A stretch of 64,000 nt of DNA from Glaciecola sp. (GTDB taxonomy: Bacteria > Pseudomonadota > Alphaproteobacteria > Caulobacterales > Parvularculaceae): positions 219,678 through 283,677 of the forward strand of contig CAXPOZ010000003.1 in NCBI GenBank assembly GCA_964219355.1. The letters run 5' to 3'. The notes under the pieces are model-generated. The model did not search any database. It had not been told where the DNA came from and saw only the letters and a list, made by a program, of their open reading frames with translations. The stretch's first letter is position 1. Each line of letters starts with the position of its first letter. Shown in pieces: positions 50,692 through 59,813 of the stretch. Position numbers and translations under genes: made by a program.

Positions 50692-51819
50692 ATGTTTTCA
50701 CGCCGCAAGTTTCTGACAACAGGCGCATTGGGGTCGACCGCGATGCTCGCGGGCTGCGACTGCGCGGATCGCTGCGGCGGTCCGGCGACGGGCACAGCCT
50801 CTGGCGGCGGGGTCCGCGCGCGCGAGCTCAAGATGGTCACGACCTGGCCAAAGGATTTCCCCGGCCTTGGTGATGCGGCGGAGACCACGGCGCAGATGAT
50901 CGAGCAGATGTCGGGCGGCGCTCTAACCGTCAAACTCTATGCCGCGGGCGAACTGGTCGGCGCCTTTGACAGTTTCGATGCCGTCTCGGGCGGCAGCGCG
51001 GATATGTATCACGGGGCGGATTATTACTGGACCGGCAAGTCCCGCGCCTATCCTTATTTCACCGCTGTCCCCTTTGGCATGACCGCCGTCGAGCAGATCG
51101 CCTGGTTCGAGGCGGCAGGCGGTCAGGAGTTGTGGGATGAGCTGGCCGCAGGCTTCAACATCAAACCCTTCGCGGCTGGCAATACCGGTCACCAGATGGG
51201 CGGCTGGTTCAAACGCGAGATCAACACGCTCGATGACCTCAGGGGGCTGAAAATCCGCATGCCGGGGATCGGCGGAGAAGTCATGCGCCGCGCAGGTGCC
51301 GCCGCCGTCACCATTCCGGGCGGTGAGCTTTATCAGTCGCTGCAGTCGGGCGCGATCGACGCGACCGAATGGGTCGGCCCGTGGAATGACCTTGCCTTCG
51401 GCTTTTACCGCGAGGCGCCCTATTATTACTGGCCCGGCTTCCATGAGCCCGGCGCCCAGCTTTCCTTAGGCATGAATTTGGATGTCTGGAACGATATGAC
51501 GGCGCAGGAAAAGGCGATCATCCGCAATGCCTGCCGCGCCGCCAACCACCTCTCCATCGGCCAGTTCCAAGCCCAGAATGGCAAGGCGCTCGATATTCTG
51601 GTCAAAGAGCATAATGTCCAGCTGCGGCGGATGCCGCCCGACATTCTAGCGGCCCTCGCCGCCGCCACCCGCGAAGTGCTCGAAGAAATTGCGGCGTCCT
51701 CTGACATTGCCGGGCGCATCCATGCGAGCTTTGCCGAGAGCTTGCGCCAGTCGCTCAAATGGAATGCCATTTCTGACGAAGCCTATATGGCCGCCCGCCG
51801 GGAGTTGATCGGAGAATGA
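50692..51819 (+). CDS. dctP: TRAP solute-binding protein (TakP/DctP-like), Tat lipoprotein
   Basis: SRRKFL Tat motif plus LAGC; KMVTTWP, GLKIRMPG, ALQ-like SLQSGAIDATEWVGP. Confidence 0.9.
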   Translation: MFSRRKFLTTGALGSTAMLAGCDCADRCGGPATGTASGGGVRARELKMVTTWPKDFPGLGDAAETTAQMIEQMSGGALTVKLYAAGELVGAFDSFDAVSGGSADMYHGADYYWTGKSRAYPYFTAVPFGMTAVEQIAWFEAAGGQELWDELAAGFNIKPFAAGNTGHQMGGWFKREINTLDDLRGLKIRMPGIGGEVMRRAGAAAVTIPGGELYQSLQSGAIDATEWVGPWNDLAFGFYREAPYYYWPGFHEPGAQLSLGMNLDVWNDMTAQEKAIIRNACRAANHLSIGQFQAQNGKALDILVKEHNVQLRRMPPDILAALAAATREVLEEIAASSDIAGRIHASFAESLRQSLKWNAISDEAYMAARRELIGE

Positions 51820-52346
51820 TCGGCGCTCTTATACGTACCGTTCGCCGCGCGGAGCCGAGTGTCGCAGCGTATGTGTTGCGCGTCTTACCGATTATCATCA
51901 TCCCGGCCCTGATCATATCCGGGCTTCTCGCCTACATCGTCAGCGCGCTCGGCGTGGATGCAGGTTATGATGATATCCTATCAGAGGAAATTCCGGGCCT
52001 CTCTCCTTTAATGATGACGATCTTCACAGCGGTTTCCGTCGTCATCCTCGCGCCGGTTATTGAAACGCTGATGATGGCGGCTGTGTTCTGGGGCCTTCGC
52101 AAGATGAAGCTTCCCTATTGGGGGCTCGTCGTCGGACAAGTCGCGTTCTGGATTGCGCTCCATTCTCTTCAAGTACCCATCTGGGGCATTGGCATCGCCT
52201 GGGCGTTCTTCATCTTCTCAATTGCCTATCTGGCATGGGATGAAAAAGGCGGCATGGGGCAAGCGTTTGGTGTTGTTACTCTCCTTCATGCGCTCAATAA
52301 TCTCTTCTTCTTTGGACTGACCCTGTTGCCGGAGATGGCAACATGA
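51816..52346 (+). CDS. CPBP (Abi/CAAX)-like intramembrane protease homologue
   Basis: APVIETL (one Glu only), WIALH, LHALNN; ATGA overlaps on both sides. Confidence 0.65.
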   Translation: MIGALIRTVRRAEPSVAAYVLRVLPIIIIPALIISGLLAYIVSALGVDAGYDDILSEEIPGLSPLMMTIFTAVSVVILAPVIETLMMAAVFWGLRKMKLPYWGLVVGQVAFWIALHSLQVPIWGIGIAWAFFIFSIAYLAWDEKGGMGQAFGVVTLLHALNNLFFFGLTLLPEMAT

Positions 52347-52945
52347 ACCTGATGATTTTGCTGATTGTGATGGGGCTGATCTCCCTGCTGCCGCTTGTAG
52401 GCGCGACAGGTGTATTGCGCAGACCCATCCATAATTTTGTCAAAATCCTTGAATGGATCGTCAAGGCGGCCTTCTTCATCTCTGCCGTATGCGGCGCATG
52501 TGTCGCGCTGGCCCAGCTTTCTGCCGTGATTACCCGCAACCTTTTCGGGGTGAACTTTATCTGGCTGCAGGAGAGCGCAATCTACTTCTTCGGCCTGATG
52601 TTCCTCCTCGCCGGCGGGGCGATCCTCCTGATGGATGCGCATGTCAGGGTCGATGTCTTTTATGCCAAATGGTCCGAACGCAGACAGCGCCTCGTCAATA
52701 TTCTCGGGCTCTATCTCTTTGTCATCCCAGTCGGCTTTCTGATCCTCTGGGCTTCCGGCCCTTACGTCGCCGCAAGCTGGGCGACCTATGAAGGTTCAAA
52801 TGATCCGAGCGGCATTCAGGGTGTCTTCCTCCTGAAATCACTCGTGCCCGCCTTCGGCAGCCTGCTGATCATGGCCGCGACCGTGGCGATCGAACGCCAC
52901 CTCAACCCCGCCTTCCATGGCGAATATCATCCGGGTGAGGTGTGA
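52343..52945 (+). CDS. dctQ: TRAP small permease
   Basis: WLQES, HVRVDVFY, EGSNDPSG. Confidence 0.9.
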   Translation: MNLMILLIVMGLISLLPLVGATGVLRRPIHNFVKILEWIVKAAFFISAVCGACVALAQLSAVITRNLFGVNFIWLQESAIYFFGLMFLLAGGAILLMDAHVRVDVFYAKWSERRQRLVNILGLYLFVIPVGFLILWASGPYVAASWATYEGSNDPSGIQGVFLLKSLVPAFGSLLIMAATVAIERHLNPAFHGEYHPGEV

Positions 52946-52946
52946 G

Positions 52947-54560
52947 ATGGTGGACAATCTGATCCTCTGTTTCTGCGCCTGCGCGAACTGGCTCGATATC
53001 GCCATGGTGATCACGCTCTGCGTGCTCCTGCTCGCAGGATTTCCGGCCGCTTTTACTCTCGCTGGGGTCGCGCTCCTTTATGGCTTGCTCGGCCTGGCGG
53101 TCGGCGCCTTCGATCCGGCCTTCATCGCCGAGCCCTTCCCGATCCGCATCTTCGGTATCGTGAATAATCAGGTGCTGCTGGCGCTGCCGATGTTCATCCT
53201 GATGGGCGTCATACTTGAGCGCTCGAAAATCGCCGAAGAATTGCTCGACACAATGGCAAAGCTCTTCGGCGCGATGCGCGGCGGGCTCGGAATTTCCGTC
53301 ATGCTGGTCGGCGCGCTGCTCGCCGCCTCCACCGGCATTGTCGGCGCGACCGTCGTCACCATGGGGCTTCTCTCTCTGCCAACCATGCTCAAGCGAGGAT
53401 ATGATCCGGGTCTCGCCAGCGGTACGATTGCCGCTGCCGGAACGTTGGGCCAGATCATTCCGCCCTCGATCGTTCTCATCCTGCTTGGTGATGTCATCTC
53501 CAACGCCTATCAGGAAAGCCAGCTCGCGCAGGGGATTTTCGCGCCGCGCGCCGTGTCGGTCGGGGATTTGTTCGCGGGCGCACTGATCCCCGGCCTGCTG
53601 CTGGTCGTCATCTATCTACTTTATATCGGCGGTGTGGCGCTCTTCCGCGGCAGCAAAGCCCCGGCCGTCCCCGCAAATGAGCATATCGTCTTGAGCGAGA
53701 TCGGCCCGAAACTGCTCGGTACGCTGATCCCGCCGCTGCTCCTGATCATCGCCGTTCTCGGCTCGATCCTTGCCGGTAAGGCAACCGCCACCGAAGCCGC
53801 TTCCATCGGCGCCATCGGCGCGCTCCTGATTGCGGGCAGCCGCCGGGACATGGCGCAGGGGTTCGCGCGTTTGTTATCCATGGCGGGCATCCTCGCCATC
53901 GTCGTGCTGGTCATCCTCAATGAGACAATCGACCTCCGGCTTGGTCGTGAGGTGATCAGCGGGATCGAGCAGACCGGCATCGTGCTCGCCTTCATCGCCT
54001 GCGGCGTACTGGCGGCAGGCATCCTTTGCGCCGGGCTGTCTCTCCTCAAACGCTCCGTCCTCTGGCCGGTCCTGACCAAGACGGCGGAAGTCAACGGCAT
54101 GGTCTTCACCATCCTGATCGGGGCCGCGCTTTTCAGCCTCGTCTTCCGGGGCCTTGGCGGCGATGACACGATTGCCGCCGCACTCAGCCAGACCCCTGGC
54201 GGGGTCGTCGGCGCGATGATCGTCGTTATGCTGGTCCTGTTCGTACTCGGATTTTTCCTCGACTTCATCGAGATCACGCTAGTCGCGATCCCGCTGGTCG
54301 CGCCTGCGCTTCTGACGATGGGGCTCGATCCGATCTGGCTCGGCGTCATGCTGGCGGTGAATCTGCAGACTAGCTTCCTGACCCCGCCCTTCGGCTTTGC
54401 GCTGTTCTATTTACGCGGGGTCGCACCGCCGGAAGTCCGTACGATGCAGATCTACAAGGGCGCCCTGCCCTTTGTTCTCATCCAGATCCTGATGCTGGGT
54501 ATTCTGGCACTGTTCCCGCAGCTCGCGACCGCTTTGCCGCATGCGATCTACGGCAATTGA
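52947..54560 (+). CDS. dctM: TRAP large permease
   Basis: LALPMFILMG, GTLGQIIPPSI, NLQTSFLTPPFGFALFYL. Confidence 0.95.
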   Translation: MVDNLILCFCACANWLDIAMVITLCVLLLAGFPAAFTLAGVALLYGLLGLAVGAFDPAFIAEPFPIRIFGIVNNQVLLALPMFILMGVILERSKIAEELLDTMAKLFGAMRGGLGISVMLVGALLAASTGIVGATVVTMGLLSLPTMLKRGYDPGLASGTIAAAGTLGQIIPPSIVLILLGDVISNAYQESQLAQGIFAPRAVSVGDLFAGALIPGLLLVVIYLLYIGGVALFRGSKAPAVPANEHIVLSEIGPKLLGTLIPPLLLIIAVLGSILAGKATATEAASIGAIGALLIAGSRRDMAQGFARLLSMAGILAIVVLVILNETIDLRLGREVISGIEQTGIVLAFIACGVLAAGILCAGLSLLKRSVLWPVLTKTAEVNGMVFTILIGAALFSLVFRGLGGDDTIAAALSQTPGGVVGAMIVVMLVLFVLGFFLDFIEITLVAIPLVAPALLTMGLDPIWLGVMLAVNLQTSFLTPPFGFALFYLRGVAPPEVRTMQIYKGALPFVLIQILMLGILALFPQLATALPHAIYGN

Positions 54561-54566
54561 GGATAC

Positions 54567-54598
54567 AAAAAAGGCGGCGCCGGAAGGCACCGCCTTTT
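54567..54598. terminator. Bidirectional intrinsic terminator
   Basis: AAAAAAGGCGGCGCC-ggaa-GGCACCGCCTTTT between convergent genes. Confidence 0.85.
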
Positions 54599-54617
54599 GA
54601 TCCTTATGAGGAGCAGA

Positions 54618-55262
54618 TCAGTGTTTTTTGATCGACCCGCCGGAGCTTTCGCTGACATTCACGCTGTCGGGATTGCCATTATAGTGGATCCGCGCACCGC
54701 TCGACGCACTGGCCGAGAGATGGTCAGAGGCGGAAAGCTGGATCGAGGCCCCGCTCGACGCGCTGGCACTGGCCGAATTTGCCGCCAGCATGGAGGCATC
54801 AAGACGTGCCCCGCTGGAGGCGCTGAGGTTCAACCGCGACTCTTCAAAGCCTTCGCTGACTTCAAGATGCGCACCGGAGCTGACTTCGATCGCCGAAAGC
54901 GACGGCGCCATGACCTCGACCGAACCGCGTGAGCCGTTCCCGCACGGACGGTCGCAGGAGATCTTCAGCGTATTGCCGCGCACCTCGTAAGAGGTCCGGC
55001 CAATCGCCCGGTCATCAAGACGGATCTCAAAGCGGTCGCCATGGATCACCGTGACGTCCGTGCCAGCAGAGGCGTCGATCTTCTCGAAGGAAGACAGCTC
55101 ATGCGTCTGTGCAGCCTTGAACGGACCCGAATAATCCGCGACGAGATTCATCCGGAATGAGTCGCGTTTGCCGTCGTCCCAGTCATCGTCGTCGCCATCG
55201 ACCACGATGACGCAACCGGTAGTCATAGCCGCGGCGGCGGCCAGTGCGATAAGGGTGCGCAT
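54618..55262 (-). CDS. DUF2807/head-GIN-domain lipoprotein
   Basis: Lipobox TTGC; repeated ASSGA beta-helix units; IHYNGNP. Confidence 0.85.
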   Translation of the reverse strand: MRTLIALAAAAAMTTGCVIVVDGDDDDWDDGKRDSFRMNLVADYSGPFKAAQTHELSSFEKIDASAGTDVTVIHGDRFEIRLDDRAIGRTSYEVRGNTLKISCDRPCGNGSRGSVEVMAPSLSAIEVSSGAHLEVSEGFEESRLNLSASSGARLDASMLAANSASASASSGASIQLSASDHLSASASSGARIHYNGNPDSVNVSESSGGSIKKH

Positions 55263-55355
55263 AGTCGTTCTCCTCTGCCGTCCCGTTTTATCGATAAAAG
55301 ATAAGAACATTTTCCGGGCTTGCAAGGAGATTGCGCGTGATGGAGAGAAAAGACC

Positions 55356-56003
55356 ATGAAATTATACGGCTACTGGCGCTCCGGCACTTCCTATCGCACC
55401 CGTCTGGGCCTCGCGCTCAAGGGGATCGAGGTCGAGCATGTCCCTGTCGATCTGACCGCTGGCGCGCAGAAATCGCCGGAATATATGGCGGACAACCCGC
55501 AAGGGCTGGTCCCCACGCTGGTGCTCGATGACGGCACGGCCATCGCCCAGTCAGGTGCCATCCTCGAATATCTCGATGAGAAATTCCCGGCGCGTCCGTT
55601 GTTGCCCGCCGGGGTGAAGGCCCGCGCCCATGTCCGCCAGCTCTGCCAGATCGTCGGCTGCGACATCCATCCGCTCAACAATCTGCGGATCCTCAAGCAT
55701 CTGAAGAATGAGTTCGATCAGCCGCAATCCGGCGTCGATGAATGGGCGGGCAAATGGATCGCCGAAGGGTTTGATGCCTATGAGGCGCTACTGGGCGCCG
55801 ATCAGGGGCGTGGCGCGTTCTCATTCGGCGGGCGGCCCGGCATGGCCGAATGCTATCTGATCCCGCAAATCTATTCGGCGCGGCGGTTCAATGTGGATTT
55901 AACGCGCTGGCCGCTGATCCTCGGGGTCGAGGCAGCAACGCTCGCTTTGCCGGAAGTCGCTGCCGCCCTGCCTGAGAACCAGGCGGACGCAAAGCCATCG
56001 TAA
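55356..56003 (+). CDS. maiA: Maleylacetoacetate isomerase (GST zeta)
   Basis: MKLYGYWRSGTSYR, NPQGLVP, QSGAILEYL, CDIHPLNNLR. Confidence 0.95.
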   Translation: MKLYGYWRSGTSYRTRLGLALKGIEVEHVPVDLTAGAQKSPEYMADNPQGLVPTLVLDDGTAIAQSGAILEYLDEKFPARPLLPAGVKARAHVRQLCQIVGCDIHPLNNLRILKHLKNEFDQPQSGVDEWAGKWIAEGFDAYEALLGADQGRGAFSFGGRPGMAECYLIPQIYSARRFNVDLTRWPLILGVEAATLALPEVAAALPENQADAKPS

Positions 56004-56006
56004 TGC

Positions 56007-56035
56007 TTGACCGGCACCGCCACGACGACTAGCAG
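56007..56035 (+). promoter_or_regulatory. sigma70-type promoter of tRNA-Thr
   Basis: TTGACC-N17-TAGCAG, 10 nt before the tRNA. Confidence 0.65.
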
Positions 56036-56045
56036 GTCTCGCTCA

Positions 56046-56121
56046 GCCCCTATAGCTCAGCTGGTAGAGCAACTGATTTGTAATCAGTAGGTCCGCGGTT
56101 CGAGTCCGTGTGGGGGCACCA
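56046..56121 (+). tRNA. tRNA-Thr (anticodon TGT)
   Basis: 76 nt GCCCCTATAGCTCAGCTGGTAGAGC...CTGATT-TGT-AATCAG...GGTTCGAGTCC...GGGGGCACCA; cloverleaf and encoded CCA. Confidence 0.97.
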
Positions 56122-56273
56122 TTCCTGAATGACCTACCGCTTCGGTGCTTGAGGCCACCCTCATCGCACTACCTCATTCGGCTACTTGAGCGCGGAATGC
56201 GCTGCCCTCCGAGAAGCAAACGCACGGAATGTCCGGCCCAGGATCGAAGGGTCCCCCAGCCCTTCTCTCCCAG

Positions 56274-56564
56274 TCAATTGCCGATGGACGCAGCCGCCCG
56301 TTCAAGCAATTTTTTGGCCGATTGCGGATGCATGGAGATCAGCTCGGTCAGGAACGATTCAGACGCATCCCGAAGTGTTGCCCGCGTATCTTCGAGCCCA
56401 AGTGCCATTGCCTCTCGCTCGGCAAATGACAGGAGACGGATGATCACGCACACTGATTTATCCGCATCATCAAGATCATTGATATCGATATGATGAATGG
56501 GGAGCGTCACCAAACCCTCAAGCCGCTGGCTTAAAGCGGCTTCTCTCTGCATCTTGTTACTCAT
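56274..56564 (-). CDS. 96-aa helical hypothetical protein
   Basis: ATGA overlap with the GNAT stop; MSNKMQREAALSQRLE...IIRLLSFAEREAMALGL. Confidence 0.6.
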   Translation of the reverse strand: MSNKMQREAALSQRLEGLVTLPIHHIDINDLDDADKSVCVIIRLLSFAEREAMALGLEDTRATLRDASESFLTELISMHPQSAKKLLERAAASIGN

Positions 56565-57196
56565 AGCACTCTTTCTGCTGTTCGTTTTCGAGCCACATGC
56601 TCTGATGGTACTGATCCGCGCACCGCGCTTCTTTCCAGAATTCCCGTCATGTCCCATTGGCCTTCAGGTGCCATGAGCACGAACGGATCGCTCTCAAGTT
56701 TGAGAGGTTCCTCATGAGGCGGCACTTCAATCAGGATCTCGCTGTAGCTCCGCTCGGAGAACTTCAGATTGTCCGAACGATTGAGTGCCCTGCCCCCAAA
56801 ATATTCCCAGAACTTCTCCAGCCCTTCCTGGATGGTTCCATAGATTTTTGTGTATGATTTCTTCCGCACAAATTCGATCGCGGCCTTGACCATGATGAAG
56901 GCGGCCCGCGAGTTCCGGTGTCTCTTGAGAACCGCGACCCGCTCGAACTTCACGAAATCCGCAAAATAACGTATCCGCACGGTCGCAACCGGCTCTCCCT
57001 GTTTGTAATAGACAAGGTGAGTGGCGGTAAAATCGTTTCCGTCAAATTCTTCATTATAGGGACAGTCCTGTCCTTCCATATAGACAGCTGTCCGCACCGC
57101 AAAGGCGGCCTGGAGGTCGTTAAGTGTCCTGGCGACCCGTACGCCATCGTATAAAATCGGTTTGGTACGGCTCGAATCATATGCAGGCAGGCTCAT
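56561..57196 (-). CDS. GNAT-family acyltransferase (ElaA/YjcF-like core with extended C-terminus)
   Basis: VRTAVYMEGQDCPYNEEFDGNDFTATH, VATVRIR, ERVAVLKRHR, PFVLMAPEGQW; ATG 1 nt after the upstream TGA. Confidence 0.85.
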   Translation of the reverse strand: MSLPAYDSSRTKPILYDGVRVARTLNDLQAAFAVRTAVYMEGQDCPYNEEFDGNDFTATHLVYYKQGEPVATVRIRYFADFVKFERVAVLKRHRNSRAAFIMVKAAIEFVRKKSYTKIYGTIQEGLEKFWEYFGGRALNRSDNLKFSERSYSEILIEVPPHEEPLKLESDPFVLMAPEGQWDMTGILERSAVRGSVPSEHVARKRTAERVL

Positions 57197-57197
57197 A

Positions 57198-57797
57198 TCA
57201 CGCTCGTTGTCGTTCGGGAGTTGCAAAAAAATTGCTGACGAAACGGGTGCCCGCCTGCGGCTCCCCCTCGTCAAGCATGGGCTCAAATCCAAGGTGTGTG
57301 AGTATTTTCATTCCCGCATCGCTGCCCGCCACGGCGTAGGTGACTTTGCCGTCAAATGGCGGTTGCGAGAGGGCAAAACGTAAGAGGGGGAGCGCGCGCA
57401 ATGCAGACCCCGGCGCGACACTCACCCACCAATATAGCGCATGAGCAGTGGCAAACGAATCAGCGAGATATTCTTGCGAGATATCCCGACCATCAAAATC
57501 GTTATTCCAGAATGCTCTCACGCCCTTCGCGCTCATCGGCAGCACGATCGTAATGCCGCGGACCCGGCTTTCACCGGTATGATGAGCCCGTACTATTTTC
57601 ATCGCGCCATCCCGATAGCGATGAACGATCGGCAGCCCTTTTGTCAGGGCTTTCTGGTCTCCGAACCAGTTTAGGTAGAGTTCTTCAAGCTTGCTATCAT
57701 CTGAATGCCGTAAAGGCATCAGTGTCCAACCAAACCACCCGCCAAATGCCGCTGACTTACTGGGTCTTGGTACTACTGATGCGAAATCCGACGGCAT
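57198..57797 (-). CDS. Hypothetical protein with probable degenerate GNAT fold (start uncertain: 57719, 57797 or 57896)
   Basis: RGITIVLPMSAKG...ALYWWVSVA...YAVAGSDAGMKILTHLGF; the C-terminal L..LGF is typical of GNAT motif B. Confidence 0.6.
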   Translation of the reverse strand: MPSDFASVVPRPSKSAAFGGWFGWTLMPLRHSDDSKLEELYLNWFGDQKALTKGLPIVHRYRDGAMKIVRAHHTGESRVRGITIVLPMSAKGVRAFWNNDFDGRDISQEYLADSFATAHALYWWVSVAPGSALRALPLLRFALSQPPFDGKVTYAVAGSDAGMKILTHLGFEPMLDEGEPQAGTRFVSNFFATPERQRA

Positions 57798-57894
57798 TTC
57801 TGCTATCCCATTGTAAAAACTTGCGATGGCTGGTCTGATAGAACTAGGAACAAGTGGGGAGGATAGTGCTGAATAACTGTGGCCGGGGGTAGAC

Positions 57895-58944
57895 ATGCCA
57901 AGTGATCACGGGGTGGGAGAAAAAGCATCACCCCCCACTGAGCTCAAGATTGAGCCAGAACCCCTCTCATGGGAGTGGGTCGAGACATTCCTAAAAGTTG
58001 CAAAAGCCGGCAGCATCAAATCTGCCGCCGAGCGCGAGGGCGTCACGACCGCGACCATACGAAAGCGCATCGACGCGCTTGAAGCCTATCTGGGCATGCA
58101 ACTCTTCCTTCGGGGATCGAGTGGTGTCCGGCTGACGGCCTATGGTCAGGAGACGCTGGAAAGCGCCGAACAGGCTGCAAACGCAATTGGCGCCATCACG
58201 CGCGATTTCCGGCGGACCAATGTCGCTACCTCCGGCATGGTCTCGGCAAGCTTTCCTGAGGGCCTTGGCGCTTTCTGGATCTCCCCGCGGCTGCGAAGCT
58301 TTCATGATCAGTACCCGAATATCGTTCTCGATTATCGCTGCGTCTTCAATGACCACGAACGCGATCAGGACGATGCGGACATCATTGTTCAGTATAATGA
58401 ACCAGACCGACCGGACTTTAAAGTCCGTAAACTCGGCTCTATCCACCTCCTGCTTTATGGCAGTGAGGAATATGCCCAACGATATGGGCTACCCCGCTCT
58501 CCCGCAGAGCTCGTCAATCACAAGCTTTCCTATCAGAGTGCCGCGCATTCGGATGGCGAGATTTTCCTCGATTTCCTTAAAGCAAATGGCGTAACTGATC
58601 CGTCCGGCATCATCTCGATGCGGACGAACTCCTCGATCGCGCTTTACCAGCTTGCACGGACGGGCGCGATGCTGTCTGTGCTGCCGACCTACGCAACAGC
58701 TTTCCGGACTGGCCTTGTCGCAGCACCCACTGGCAATATCCGGCACCAACGCCCGATCTGGCTCTGCTACCGGAACGAAGTCAGCAATTACCCGCCGGCA
58801 CGCGCTTTCATCGACTGGCTGATCGCGTCATTCGATTCCAAGAAATACCCTTGGTTTTCTGACGAATTTATCTCACCAGAAAAGCTTACGACTTATGATA
58901 CTCGCCCGTGGACGGACAATCTGATGGTCGAGACTTGGCCGTAA
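57895..58944 (+). CDS. LysR-family transcriptional regulator
   Basis: WVETFLKVAKAGSIKSAA...IRKRIDALEAYLGMQLFLR...VRLTAYG HTH, then substrate-binding domain. Confidence 0.93.
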   Translation: MPSDHGVGEKASPPTELKIEPEPLSWEWVETFLKVAKAGSIKSAAEREGVTTATIRKRIDALEAYLGMQLFLRGSSGVRLTAYGQETLESAEQAANAIGAITRDFRRTNVATSGMVSASFPEGLGAFWISPRLRSFHDQYPNIVLDYRCVFNDHERDQDDADIIVQYNEPDRPDFKVRKLGSIHLLLYGSEEYAQRYGLPRSPAELVNHKLSYQSAAHSDGEIFLDFLKANGVTDPSGIISMRTNSSIALYQLARTGAMLSVLPTYATAFRTGLVAAPTGNIRHQRPIWLCYRNEVSNYPPARAFIDWLIASFDSKKYPWFSDEFISPEKLTTYDTRPWTDNLMVETWP

Positions 58945-58984
58945 GAAAACTTTGATTTCAACCGGTTTCTGAAGCCCTGCTGCA

Positions 58985-59800
58985 CTATGGGATGACACGG
59001 TCATCATGGATGAAATCGACATCCGGATTTTCGCCGATCATCATCATGGCCGCCGCTTCGAAAGGTTCTCCCCACGGCGGTGCGGCGTAGGGCATCTTAT
59101 TGCCTGACAGCAGCGCCGTCTGCCACGCTGCCACATCTTCAAACCAGAGCTCTGCGACGCGGCGATCCGGTGACCGGGCGCTGGCCGATGTATAAAAAGC
59201 TAGCCGCTTTAGACCAGGCAGTTTTGCAAGTGCGGGTTCACGCACCTCTGCCCACCAGTGGTCCCCCTCCTCCGGCGTGACACCATCGGGATAGTCAAAG
59301 ACGATGATCCAGCGCAGATAGGGCGTTTCCTTCGGCGGGGTCGGGAGAGTTACCGGCATCCGCGTCGGATTGACCGGGATCGTTGCCGTTTCAGTCGTAT
59401 AAAGCGTATTCCCTCGCCAGCCGCCCGGCGGCGGCGTATAGGATGAAAGCTCCCCGTAAAGATTACGCACCCGCGTCTGCTGGAATGATTCATAGGAATC
59501 AAAATGGATCTCAGTCATGCGCCCGAATTGCAGCGGGTATCGCTCCAACGCCATCTGTGGCGGCAGATAGCTGCGAAAGGAGACATAATTGCGCTGCCAC
59601 GCTTTCATCGCCCGCCTAACCTGCGGTGCGTGATAGGTCATGTACCATCGGTCGAGCGCCAGCTGATCTGCACCGGGTTTGAGATTGATCAGGATATAAT
59701 GCTTGATCGCCTCTTCCGCCCGGGCAGAAAGCAGCATTCCCGATGTGATCATGGCTGTCATCAGGACAAGGAGTTCACGTAAGCCAGCCTTTCTTGTCAT
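58985..59800 (-). CDS. Tandem EthD-like (dimeric alpha/beta barrel) protein with signal peptide
   Basis: Two repeats (LDRWYMTYHAPQV...MTEIHFDSYE; GDHWW.EV....L..LPGL...VAELWFEDV); N-terminus ends ARA-EE. Confidence 0.65.
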   Translation of the reverse strand: MTRKAGLRELLVLMTAMITSGMLLSARAEEAIKHYILINLKPGADQLALDRWYMTYHAPQVRRAMKAWQRNYVSFRSYLPPQMALERYPLQFGRMTEIHFDSYESFQQTRVRNLYGELSSYTPPPGGWRGNTLYTTETATIPVNPTRMPVTLPTPPKETPYLRWIIVFDYPDGVTPEEGDHWWAEVREPALAKLPGLKRLAFYTSASARSPDRRVAELWFEDVAAWQTALLSGNKMPYAAPPWGEPFEAAAMMMIGENPDVDFIHDDRVIP

Positions 59801-59813
59801 TTATTCCTCCTCC

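Noticed and set aside
56122-56273. Possible integrase or att remnant after tRNA-Thr
   Set aside because: No integrase motifs and no repeat of the tRNA 3' end found in the window; the island boundary rests on composition only.
56274-57196. GNAT plus small ORF as a type II toxin-antitoxin pair
   Set aside because: GNAT toxins normally follow an upstream RHH antitoxin; here the small ORF is downstream with no RHH pattern. Not fully excluded.
57894-57897. Divergent ORFs sharing one CATG palindrome as start codons
   Set aside because: Probably a longest-ORF artefact. It leaves no room for promoters, and a downstream ATG (57797 or 57719) gives a normal divergent region.
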